Positions 56,428 to 64,000 of a DNA stretch of 64,000 nucleotides are shown piece by piece. The position numbers and the translations under genes were made by a program. Below the pieces are notes generated by a model. It made no database searches. It worked only from the letters and a program-made list of their open reading frames with translations, and was not told the DNA's origin. The stretch lies in IMG/VR virus record IMGVR_UViG_3300020204_000006; one strand, written 5' to 3'. This stretch comes from a virus. Each line of letters begins with the position of its first letter. Positions within the stretch are counted from its first letter, which is position 1.

Positions 56428-56728
56428 AAAACTTATGAATATAAAAACAAATCTATCTTTAGAAAGAAAAATATCTACTGGTCAATATGAAAATATAACA
56501 ATTAGAATGGAAATGGATTCGGATATATCATCCGATCACATAGATGAGTTTAATAACAAATTTGATTTGTTCAGGGCTCAATTCTTAAATAAATTTTCAG
56601 AAACTCAGGTAAAAGTTATAGAGGAGCTTTCTATACAGGAAAAAGTTGCTTTTTTTAATTCTCCCAACAATTCAAATAAGACTTTTAAATTAAATGAAAT
56701 GGATCTAAAGGAGGTGTTAGGTGATTGA
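56420..56728 (+). CDS. Hypothetical protein
   Basis: TTG start (or ATG at 56435); motif RKISTGQYENITI. Confidence 0.6.
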   Translation: MAEKLMNIKTNLSLERKISTGQYENITIRMEMDSDISSDHIDEFNNKFDLFRAQFLNKFSETQVKVIEELSIQEKVAFFNSPNNSNKTFKLNEMDLKEVLGD

Positions 56729-57755
56729 CAATAAGGAACTTGAAGAAATTTTCGGTATACCGCAAGATGGATCAAATATATCAGAAGAGTCTCATGACTC
56801 TGCGTATATAGATGTATGTGGCTCTAGGAGTAACAATTCTTTTGATGATGAATTGTTGAAATTACAAAAAGACATGGAGCAAAAAAATGTCAAACCTTCA
56901 GCGAATGAAAATGTTTGTATCAGTAATGAGACAGAGTATGAAAAGCAAAATCAAAATGATATCAATAACCATAGCGGGTTCGAAGGTAGTTCGGCTTGCG
57001 TCTCCGAATCCGATGATTTTTTGGGAGACAAAATTCTACAGCATGAAAATAAGAAGAAAATGGATGATAGCGGGGAAAAAATTACAAATGCTTCAGTCTT
57101 TTCTGCCCAAAAGAAAAAAGAAAGATGGAAATTAGAAAATTCAGATTTGACTTTTGAAAAATTTTACACCTATAAAAGAGAGGCATTAAGTGATTGGTTA
57201 CTAACCGGAGGTGCTATAGATTTTGATTTCATAAATAGTCAGCTTATAGAGTCAAGAGTTGATCTTTCAAATGTTAATTTTGCTGATTTTTCAACACTTT
57301 TTGATATATTAAAACAAATACAAAGATATAAAGATAATATTACACAGCTGGAACTTATTTGCAATAATCAGTATTTTTGCTGGAAGCGTGCTATTGATCT
57401 CTTTCAGGGCGTATTGGCACAGTGTTATTATGAAAAACCAGCAGCAAAACAAGATGGTGTTGTGTATGAGCATATGAATGATTTTGTTAGTTATTTTACA
57501 AAGATTGAATCTCTTCACCACAACATACAATCTGTAATTAAAAATTTAGATCAAGCTTTTGATACTGTATCTAGACAAATAACTCTTTCTATGCCTTCTA
57601 GGGATTACGAATCCGTAGAAAATAGGACAAACAAAAATATTTCTGTTGGTACAGAAAAAAATGATATAAACAAAATAAACATTAACAGACAGCCGGTTCG
57701 TAATTCTGTCGATACTATTAAGACAGGAACTGTTGACTGGATCGTCTTCAAATAA
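56721..57755 (+). CDS. Hypothetical protein with disordered N-half and helical/coiled C-half (possible UvsY-like mediator, weak)
   Basis: GTG start with AGGAGG Shine-Dalgarno; lies directly before the ssb-recA pair. Confidence 0.6.
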   Translation: MIDNKELEEIFGIPQDGSNISEESHDSAYIDVCGSRSNNSFDDELLKLQKDMEQKNVKPSANENVCISNETEYEKQNQNDINNHSGFEGSSACVSESDDFLGDKILQHENKKKMDDSGEKITNASVFSAQKKKERWKLENSDLTFEKFYTYKREALSDWLLTGGAIDFDFINSQLIESRVDLSNVNFADFSTLFDILKQIQRYKDNITQLELICNNQYFCWKRAIDLFQGVLAQCYYEKPAAKQDGVVYEHMNDFVSYFTKIESLHHNIQSVIKNLDQAFDTVSRQITLSMPSRDYESVENRTNKNISVGTEKNDINKININRQPVRNSVDTIKTGTVDWIVFK

Positions 57756-57772
57756 AAAGAAAGGAAGCACAT

Positions 57773-58438
57773 ATGGGTTTAGTTGATTGGACATCTTTGA
57801 GCGGGAAAAAAGAGGGAAATGGTGTTAAGTATTTAAAGCTAGAGCCAGGTAAGACCTATAGGGTCAGACCTGTAATGAAGCCGCATATAATTTGGAAGTA
57901 TTATCTTGAGCGTCCAAATGGCGGATTTGGAAAGGCAATAACAGAGGATCCTAATAACTGTGTTATAGTAAAGAAGTATAACGAAAAGCCCAAGCAGAGA
58001 TTTGCTGTCAATGTAATTGATAGGGCTGATGGTCAATTGAAGGTTCTTGAGGGACCAATAAGCATTCTTAAGCAGATAGGAACCTGGGCTTCAGAAACAA
58101 ATGTAGATCCTGGGTCAAATCAGGGTGGAGAGTTTGCCATAAGAGTTGAATGCCCAGGAAATGACAGGAAAAAGACTAGATATCTTGTTCAATTTATTAA
58201 TTATGCGCAGTTCACTGATTCAGAAAAGAAGATGTTAAGGGAAAATATTTACAATTTAGCTGAAGTTTTCAAGCCAGCTCCTCAGGACAAGATTGAATCT
58301 TGGCTTTTCGGTGAGGAAAACTCTGGATCTTCTGAGTCCTCTGATTCTGATTCAGAGGAAGATGTTGTTCAGAAGTCTCCAGTCAAGCATGGCAAGTCTA
58401 AGTCAACAGACAGTCTTAACGAAGACTTGGATTGGTGA
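57773..58438 (+). CDS. Single-stranded DNA-binding protein, gp32-like
   Basis: YLKLEPG...RVR...KQRFAVNVIDRADGQLKVLE...DP...G.EFAIR...TRY; acidic tail ending EDLDW; AAGGA SD. Confidence 0.78.
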   Translation: MGLVDWTSLSGKKEGNGVKYLKLEPGKTYRVRPVMKPHIIWKYYLERPNGGFGKAITEDPNNCVIVKKYNEKPKQRFAVNVIDRADGQLKVLEGPISILKQIGTWASETNVDPGSNQGGEFAIRVECPGNDRKKTRYLVQFINYAQFTDSEKKMLRENIYNLAEVFKPAPQDKIESWLFGEENSGSSESSDSDSEEDVVQKSPVKHGKSKSTDSLNEDLDW

Positions 58439-58450
58439 TTGGAGTAATTA

Positions 58451-59647
58451 ATGAAATCAAAAAATATAGGTCTAGAAAATCTTAAGGGATTTAAAATTGG
58501 TGCTGATTCAGATGTTAAGGATCTAATTCCTTCTGGTCACGCCGAATTAGATCACGCTATTAGTTCTGGTATAGTTCAAGGAACCTCCAAATTTAAATTT
58601 GGAGGTTTTCCACTTGGAAGAGTTATACTTTTTTATGGAAATGAAGGTAGCGGAAAAAGTTCTCTTGCATACAGATTGGTTGGTAGTGCTCAAAGAATGA
58701 ATTACAGGTGTGCGTGGATTGACACAGAGCATTCTTTTAGTGATCAGCTTGCTCTTGTTAATGGTGTTGATAAGTCTGTTCTTTATTACAATAATTTGAT
58801 TAATGAGGAAAATCCAGATGAAATAGCAACAGCAGAGAATGTAATGGATACCATGATATCTGCTTGCTCTAGTGGTCAAATTAATGTTATAGTTCTTGAT
58901 TCTATAGCTAATCTTGTGCCATATCGTGTTATGGAAAATGGTGCAGACAAGGAAACGGTCGCTGAGCTTGCTAGAGTTCTTTCTAGAACGATGGGAAAGC
59001 TTCTTAGTTATGCGGCAAGCAATAATGTTCTTGTAATACTTATAAATCAACTTAGAGAAAAGGTTGGTGTGATGTTTGGCAGTCCAGACACTATGCCTGG
59101 TGGCAAGGCTCTTAAACATGCTTGTTCTTGCATATTGAAGGTTACCAAACTTGAAAGTTCTTCTCACTGTATTTCTATACAGGATGATGGTGGCACAGAA
59201 AGAATAATTGGCAAATATTCAAGTGTTATAATTGAAAAGAACAGATTTGCTAAGCCGCATTTTGGATCTATGAAAGTTCCAATATACTATGAGCCATACT
59301 TTCCTAATATAGAAGATGTTTGCTTTAATTCTGGAAGAGATCTTAAGATAATTAAGGTTCGTAATAATGTATATTCTTGGAAGAATCTTAAATCTGAGGG
59401 CAGATCTTCTTTTGTTGAAATGATTAAAAATCCAGAAGTTATCGATGAGTTAGTTTCATCAATAAAAGATGAAGCAAAAAAGCAATCTATGAGTTTGCCT
59501 ATAGAGATTATCAATTTTGATATATCTGATTATAAAAAGAACTCTAAAAAGTTTGTTAATAAAAAACCTGTATCAGATGAAAAAGAAGAAATAAAAAATG
59601 AAGTCTCTGAAGAAGTAGAAGATTTTGATATAGATTCAAATGAATAA
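58451..59647 (+). CDS. recA: RecA/UvsX recombinase
   Basis: GGFPLGRV...YGNEGSGKS; AWIDTEH; IVLDSIANL; INQLREKVGVMFGSP.T.PGGKALKH; KNR. Confidence 0.95.
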   Translation: MKSKNIGLENLKGFKIGADSDVKDLIPSGHAELDHAISSGIVQGTSKFKFGGFPLGRVILFYGNEGSGKSSLAYRLVGSAQRMNYRCAWIDTEHSFSDQLALVNGVDKSVLYYNNLINEENPDEIATAENVMDTMISACSSGQINVIVLDSIANLVPYRVMENGADKETVAELARVLSRTMGKLLSYAASNNVLVILINQLREKVGVMFGSPDTMPGGKALKHACSCILKVTKLESSSHCISIQDDGGTERIIGKYSSVIIEKNRFAKPHFGSMKVPIYYEPYFPNIEDVCFNSGRDLKIIKVRNNVYSWKNLKSEGRSSFVEMIKNPEVIDELVSSIKDEAKKQSMSLPIEIINFDISDYKKNSKKFVNKKPVSDEKEEIKNEVSEEVEDFDIDSNE

Positions 59648-60380
59648 TTTTTCTAGTGTAGAAAGAAGTAAAATATTTAATCTCTCTCAAGAGTCCCTTC
59701 ACGAAGATAGTGAGGGGGCTTTTTCTTGTAGAGAATATTTAAAGTCTAGAGGGGTATCAAAGCAGTGTGCACATGACTTCTGTCTTGGCTATGTACCAGA
59801 AAGAGTCGGCCACTATCTTTCAGACAGGCTAATACTTCCTCTTAAATATGCCAATGGAGAGCTTGCGTACTTGACTTCTAGAAAGTTTAGAGATGCTTCA
59901 CTTAATAGAGGGCATTGGCATGAAAGCTTTGATAAAAGTTTGTTTTTATTTTCTCATCCAAATTCTTTTTTGACTTCTTTTGAAAAAAAATATTCCATAG
60001 TTGTTGAGGGTCAATTTGATTGCATGTCTGTATCATCTGTTGGCTTTCAAAATACTTATTCCATATTGGGTTCTAATTTTTCTAAAAAACAATTACTTCT
60101 GCTTTTCGGAATATCTAAAAACATAATACTTTTTTTTGATAATGACGAAGCTGGTGAGGCTGCAAATAAAAAGGTTTTTGATATATTTTTTAAAGAGAAG
60201 ATGTTTAAAAAAGGTTATAGTTTAGCAAAATGGCCAAAATATCCTGAAAAAGATCCAGATGATTTGTGTCGATCAAGAGGTAGAGAAAACTCTATTAAAT
60301 ACATTAGTGGAGTAGTTGATAAAATACTAGGAGAAATCAATGTCAGAAGAAATAACGAAACAGGTATATTCGATTTCTAA
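59640..60380 (+). CDS. dnaG: DnaG-type primase catalytic/Toprim part lacking the zinc-binding domain
   Basis: YLKSRG...LGYVP...DRLILP...SRK; VVEGQFD; LFFDNDEAG; KDPDD. Confidence 0.85.
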   Translation: MNNFSSVERSKIFNLSQESLHEDSEGAFSCREYLKSRGVSKQCAHDFCLGYVPERVGHYLSDRLILPLKYANGELAYLTSRKFRDASLNRGHWHESFDKSLFLFSHPNSFLTSFEKKYSIVVEGQFDCMSVSSVGFQNTYSILGSNFSKKQLLLLFGISKNIILFFDNDEAGEAANKKVFDIFFKEKMFKKGYSLAKWPKYPEKDPDDLCRSRGRENSIKYISGVVDKILGEINVRRNNETGIFDF

Positions 60381-61290
60381 AATCGTAGATGAGTTTTTTC
60401 AATTTAAAAATGCAAGTTCTTCTAGCGATAGAAGCTATTCTGTTTATCATCCAAGTGCATTTGGTAAGTGCCTTAGAAAGATGCAATATCAAAGATATGC
60501 ATCGGATGGCATAATAGAAAAACCTCAAATCCAAGACCCAGAATCTAAAATGATTCGCATATGGGATACTGGACATTCTTTGCATGCTAGATGGGCCAAG
60601 TACATGGAGGATCTTGGCATACTTCGTGGCGTTTGGATATGTTCTAATCCTACATGCAAGTTAAAGTATGGAGAAGACGACAAGATTGGCATATTTAAGC
60701 CTTCTTCTTGTAAATCCTGTGGTTGCAATTGCTTTAACTATGAAGAAATAACTCTTAAGGATCGTTCTTTAAATTTTTATGGTCATTGTGATCAGATATT
60801 AGATTTTTCAAATTTAAGTTCAAAATTTTTAAGCTGGGTTGAAAACAAATGGGGTTCTCAGATATTTTCAAATAATATACCTAGCAAGCCAATTGTTGTT
60901 GACATGAAAAGCATAAACAAAGCACAATGGGCCAAAATTCAAAATGAAGCTCATTTCTACTATGTTATTCAAATAACCATATACATACATATGCTTAATC
61001 TTGATTATGGACTTATAATTTATGAGAAAAAAGATGATTCTGAAATTAAAATTTTTAAAGTTTTAAGAAATGATGATTTATGGAACGCTATTAAAAAACA
61101 GGCTGACATTATGAATAAAATGTTTGAAAAGAAAAGTTTGCCTCCACCAAGACCTGATTCAAAAGGTTCTTTTGAGTGTAGGTTTTGCGAGTTTTCTTCC
61201 ACGTGTCATAATTCTGGTATTTGGGATGTCGATAACCTAAATGAGCTTCGTAGTAAGTTCTATAATTTTGATAATGAATATGGAGATTAA
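60340..61290 (+). CDS. PD-(D/E)XK exonuclease, Cas4/RecB-like
   Basis: HPSAFGKCLRK; G...H; GHCDQI; VVDMKS; QITIY; C-terminal CRFCEFSSTC; AGGAG SD. Confidence 0.85.
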   Translation: MSEEITKQVYSISKIVDEFFQFKNASSSSDRSYSVYHPSAFGKCLRKMQYQRYASDGIIEKPQIQDPESKMIRIWDTGHSLHARWAKYMEDLGILRGVWICSNPTCKLKYGEDDKIGIFKPSSCKSCGCNCFNYEEITLKDRSLNFYGHCDQILDFSNLSSKFLSWVENKWGSQIFSNNIPSKPIVVDMKSINKAQWAKIQNEAHFYYVIQITIYIHMLNLDYGLIIYEKKDDSEIKIFKVLRNDDLWNAIKKQADIMNKMFEKKSLPPPRPDSKGSFECRFCEFSSTCHNSGIWDVDNLNELRSKFYNFDNEYGD

Positions 61291-61292
61291 AA

Positions 61293-61631
61293 ATGGAAAA
61301 CACAGAACAGAAGAAGGGTAATTTGTTGAAGGTAAGAGGAGAGCAGGATGGTTCTAACGGTGGAATATCAAATAGAGCATATATTAAAAAGGTTGCCTCT
61401 GCTATACTTACCGTTCTAGATAAATTTGACGAAGTAAAGCTAAAGGCAGTTGGTGCAAGCTCTGTAAATAATGCTGTGAAGGCATTTATAGTTGCCAAAA
61501 ATATGTCTAGTAAAAAAAATAAGTCTAAAAAGATAGAGCTTGTCTGTACTGCTGATTTTGATATCGCTAAGTTTGATCAGTCTGAAAAGACTGCAATTGT
61601 ATTTACTGTTTTTTCTGAAGAGGTTGAATGA
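61293..61631 (+). CDS. spoVS: SpoVS-family (Alba-like fold) protein
   Basis: LLKV...KKVASAI...VKLKAVGASSVNNAVKAFIVAK...LVCTADF...EKTAIVFTV matches the SpoVS consensus (AIGAGALNQAVKA..IAR...ERTAI). Confidence 0.85.
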   Translation: MENTEQKKGNLLKVRGEQDGSNGGISNRAYIKKVASAILTVLDKFDEVKLKAVGASSVNNAVKAFIVAKNMSSKKNKSKKIELVCTADFDIAKFDQSEKTAIVFTVFSEEVE

Positions 61632-62161
61632 TGATTGATGATTTTATTGAAAACTCTCTTTCTTCAATTAAATCTTTAAACACAGAGATAGAGGATATCT
61701 CTTCAAAAAAGAAAGAAATAGAAGAACGTCTTTCTTCTAAAAGAAAAGCTCTAGAAGAGATAAGAAACAACATATTGATGCATATGAACCAGAATAGCGT
61801 AAAGTATTATTCAAATGGAGAATCTGAAGTGGTAGTAAAGAATTCTCCCAAAACATATGAAATACAGGATGAAAATAATTTAATAGAATATTTGAAATCC
61901 GTTGGCGAATACAAGAAGTGCTGCAAGGAAGAAATAAAGATAGATAAAAGGAAATTAAATCAAATTCTTGCAGACATGTCAAGCAGCGATAGTGTACCTT
62001 CTTGTATCAAAGTAGTTTCTGGTGAACCTTCACTTCAAATTAAAAGTGCAATTACTATTCAGTCTGATTCAGGGTATGAAGAAAAGAATTTTTCAAAAAA
62101 ATTAGCATCAAAATCAAATTCTAATCAGGATTTAGATATAGACTCTTTTGATTCTTTATAA
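61628..62161 (+). CDS. Gp157/Gam-like coiled-coil DNA-end-binding protein
   Basis: N-terminal coiled coil; IDKRKL...VPSCIKVVSGEPSLQIK resembles the Gp157/Gam C-terminus. Confidence 0.6.
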   Translation: MMIDDFIENSLSSIKSLNTEIEDISSKKKEIEERLSSKRKALEEIRNNILMHMNQNSVKYYSNGESEVVVKNSPKTYEIQDENNLIEYLKSVGEYKKCCKEEIKIDKRKLNQILADMSSSDSVPSCIKVVSGEPSLQIKSAITIQSDSGYEEKNFSKKLASKSNSNQDLDIDSFDSL

Positions 62162-62162
62162 T

Positions 62163-62399
62163 ATGCAAAAGTCTTATAAAGTTAAATGCGTAGAATCAAA
62201 ATATGATTCTGGAAATGATATGCTCGTATGGAAGCTTTATTTTTTAGAAAAAAGCGCAGAAAGAACTTTTGTATTTCCAGCTGATGATTTTAAAAAAGCA
62301 AGGAATATAAGTCACTCAGTTTCAGAAGAAGATTGGAATTATTTTTGTAGAGCCATAACTGGAAAAGAATTTAATTTCATTATGGAAGAGGAAAATTAA
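62163..62399 (+). CDS. Hypothetical protein
   Basis: 78 aa from the ATG at 62163, just after the previous stop. Confidence 0.55.
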   Translation: MQKSYKVKCVESKYDSGNDMLVWKLYFLEKSAERTFVFPADDFKKARNISHSVSEEDWNYFCRAITGKEFNFIMEEEN

Positions 62400-62401
62400 A
62401 T

Positions 62402-62773
62402 TTGGATAAACTTATTAAAATAAGAATATTTGGCAGTAGTACTTGCGATCTTTGTAACAGATCAAAGACAGAATTAAATTCTATGTCTATGGAATATGAA
62501 TTTATTGATGCACTTTCAGATGAAAATCAAGATTTATGTGATCTTCATTCCGTAGAAAAATTACCTCATATTCAAATGTATTTTGCAGATACTGGTAAAA
62601 TTATAAGAGAGCACAGAGGGTATATAAGTCCAATAATTTTTATAAGTAATATTGTTAGTAAAAGTAGTAAAAAAGCAATTGTAAAAAATTATTTTAATAA
62701 AAAATGCAACGGATGTGGGAGCAAGAATATTAAAGATAACGAAATAAAACCAGATATGGACTTTTTAAACTAA
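62402..62773 (+). CDS. Glutaredoxin/thioredoxin-like protein
   Basis: TTG start with GAGG SD; IFGSSTCDLC; LPHI (cis-Pro); C-terminal CNGC. Confidence 0.7.
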   Translation: MDKLIKIRIFGSSTCDLCNRSKTELNSMSMEYEFIDALSDENQDLCDLHSVEKLPHIQMYFADTGKIIREHRGYISPIIFISNIVSKSSKKAIVKNYFNKKCNGCGSKNIKDNEIKPDMDFLN

Positions 62774-62774
62774 T

Positions 62775-64000
62775 ATGTTAAATAAAGAGCAACAAGATGC
62801 TGTTTCCCATATAGATGGACCATGCTTGGTAACTGCGTGTCCAGGAAGTGGCAAAACTAGAGTTATAGTTCACAGAGCTTGTCATATGATAAAATCTGGA
62901 ATAGATCCATCTTCTATATTGATGCTTACATTTACCAATAAGGCTGCTAAGGAAATGAAGAACAGATTGAGTGAAATGCTAGGTTCTGAGCAGTCTGAAA
63001 AAATTAGTTGCTCAACTTTTCATTCTTTGTGTGTTAAAATACTTAGAAAATATTATTCTTTATGCGGTGTGCACAAAAACTTTAATATATCGGATGAAGA
63101 CGATTGCATGGTTATAGCTCAGTCTTTAGTTGATTCAAAGAAAATCAACCTTGATTCAGAAGAAATAAAATCTTTTATAAGAAAAGTTAATTCAAGCAGG
63201 GAAAATAATGATATTTCTATGGAGCGTATTTATGAATGGTTTCCAGGTGATGATATATTGTCTTCCTTAATACTTGAATATATAGATTCAATTAAAAAGT
63301 CTGGGAATATAGATTTTACAGGTATACTTCATGAAGTTTATATGCTATTAAAAAGTAACGAAGAGTGTAAAAATTTTATAAATAGCAGATTTAAATATGT
63401 CATGGTAGATGAGGTGCAAGACACAAATCTTTTACAATTTGAGCTTTTAAAGCTTATGGCATCTCATAATAATCTTTTTATGGTTGGAGACCTAGATCAA
63501 TCTATTTATAAATTTAGAGGTGCAAGACCTGAAAATATGATTAAATTTTGTGAAGAAAGAAGCGCAAAAATAATCAGATTAACTTCTAATTATAGATGTG
63601 GGCCGCATATAATAAAACTTGCTAACAGCATTATAGAAAAAAATTCAAATAGAATGAATGAAAAAATTATTGGAGCAAAAAATAATGGCCACGAAGTTGT
63701 AAAATATATAGCTCTTACTAGAGAGGAAGAATCTGAGGCTGTTGCAAAAAGTATTAAAAATTTGTATCATTCCGGGACTAGGTTAAATGAAATAGCAATT
63801 TTATTTAGGACTAGTTATATATCTAGGTCTTTTGAACTCAGCTGTTCTAAATTTGGAATTCCATATGATCTTGTTGGTGCTTTTAAATTCTTTGAAAGAG
63901 AAGAAATTAGAGATACTATAAGCATGTTAAAATTTCTTAATAATCCAAATGACACTATGAGTTTATTTAGATTTGTAAATAAGCCTAAAAAGGGCATAGG
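62775..64000 (+). CDS. uvrD: UvrD/PcrA/Rep superfamily 1 helicase, 3'-partial (missing from the ORF track because there is no stop in the window)
   Basis: Hand translation: MLNKEQQDAVSHIDGPCLVTACPGSGKTRV; LTFTNKAAKEM; TFHSLC; VDEVQDTN; VGDLDQSIYKFRGA; NYR; AILFRT; FFEREEIRD. Confidence 0.93.
   Translation, partial: MLNKEQQDAVSHIDGPCLVTACPGSGKTRVIVHRACHMIKSGIDPSSILMLTFTNKAAKEMKNRLSEMLGSEQSEKISCSTFHSLCVKILRKYYSLCGVHKNFNISDEDDCMVIAQSLVDSKKINLDSEEIKSFIRKVNSSRENNDISMERIYEWFPGDDILSSLILEYIDSIKKSGNIDFTGILHEVYMLLKSNEECKNFINSRFKYVMVDEVQDTNLLQFELLKLMASHNNLFMVGDLDQSIYKFRGARPENMIKFCEERSAKIIRLTSNYRCGPHIIKLANSIIEKNSNRMNEKIIGAKNNGHEVVKYIALTREEESEAVAKSIKNLYHSGTRLNEIAILFRTSYISRSFELSCSKFGIPYDLVGAFKFFEREEIRDTISMLKFLNNPNDTMSLFRFVNKPKKGI

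Noticed and set aside
37818-62163. ORF-track start positions 37818, 46034, 47952, 51429, 53163, 54475 and 62148
   Set aside because: Downstream ATGs (37875, 46085, 47958, 51441, 53202, 54484, 62163) give canonical short overlaps, SD motifs or family-typical N-termini.
2011-63997. Numerous 60-206 aa minus-strand and out-of-frame ORFs in the track (e.g. 58547-59167 -, 61109-61498 -, 19122-19487 -)
   Set aside because: They fully overlap well-supported + strand genes and show no motifs.
1-64000. Alternative genetic code (TAG or TGA recoding, as in some huge phages)
   Set aside because: ORFs up to 4950 aa are open in the standard code, and TAA, TGA and TAG all end genes at sensible junctions.
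1-64000. Archaeal Borg-like element or eukaryotic giant virus (in-ORF tandem repeats, many GTs)
   Set aside because: The replication and translation genes are bacterial-type (DnaE, DnaB, DnaG, RecA, IF-3) and Shine-Dalgarno motifs are present.

Overview
AT-rich (roughly 30% GC by eye), gene-dense window with every credible gene on the + strand. It is most likely part of a jumbo/huge bacteriophage genome. This is inferred from bacterial-type DnaE, DnaB, RecA, IF-3 and SpoVS mixed with T4-like UvsW/gp32 and Gp157-like genes; no capsid or terminase gene is in view. There are three blocks. (1) 1-33.6 kb: three giant modular proteins (>2276, 4950 and 3921 aa). They carry an RCC1 propeller, repeated TIM-barrel glycoside-hydrolase-like domains, two heparinase II/III-like lyase modules, a pseudo-trypsin domain, a VWA domain split by about 2650 aa, and LamG, FnIII, Kelch, PPC and Ig domains. 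The domains are joined by long X-Ser5 arrays encoded by 18-bp tandem repeats. (2) 33.6-43.4 kb: about nine soluble glycosyltransferases plus a HAD / nucleotidyltransferase / cupin / phosphodiesterase cassette, with no export genes. (3) 43.4-64 kb: a replication and recombination module with IF-3, a DnaC-like loader, DnaB, a split primase, an intein-free split DnaE, SSB, RecA, a Cas4-like nuclease, SpoVS, a Gp157-like protein and a partial UvrD. The leading hypothesis is a virus-encoded serine-rich-repeat glycoprotein system: giant adhesin/depolymerase proteins glycosylated on their Ser linkers by the adjacent GT cluster. All family calls come from motifs read by eye; no database searches were run.
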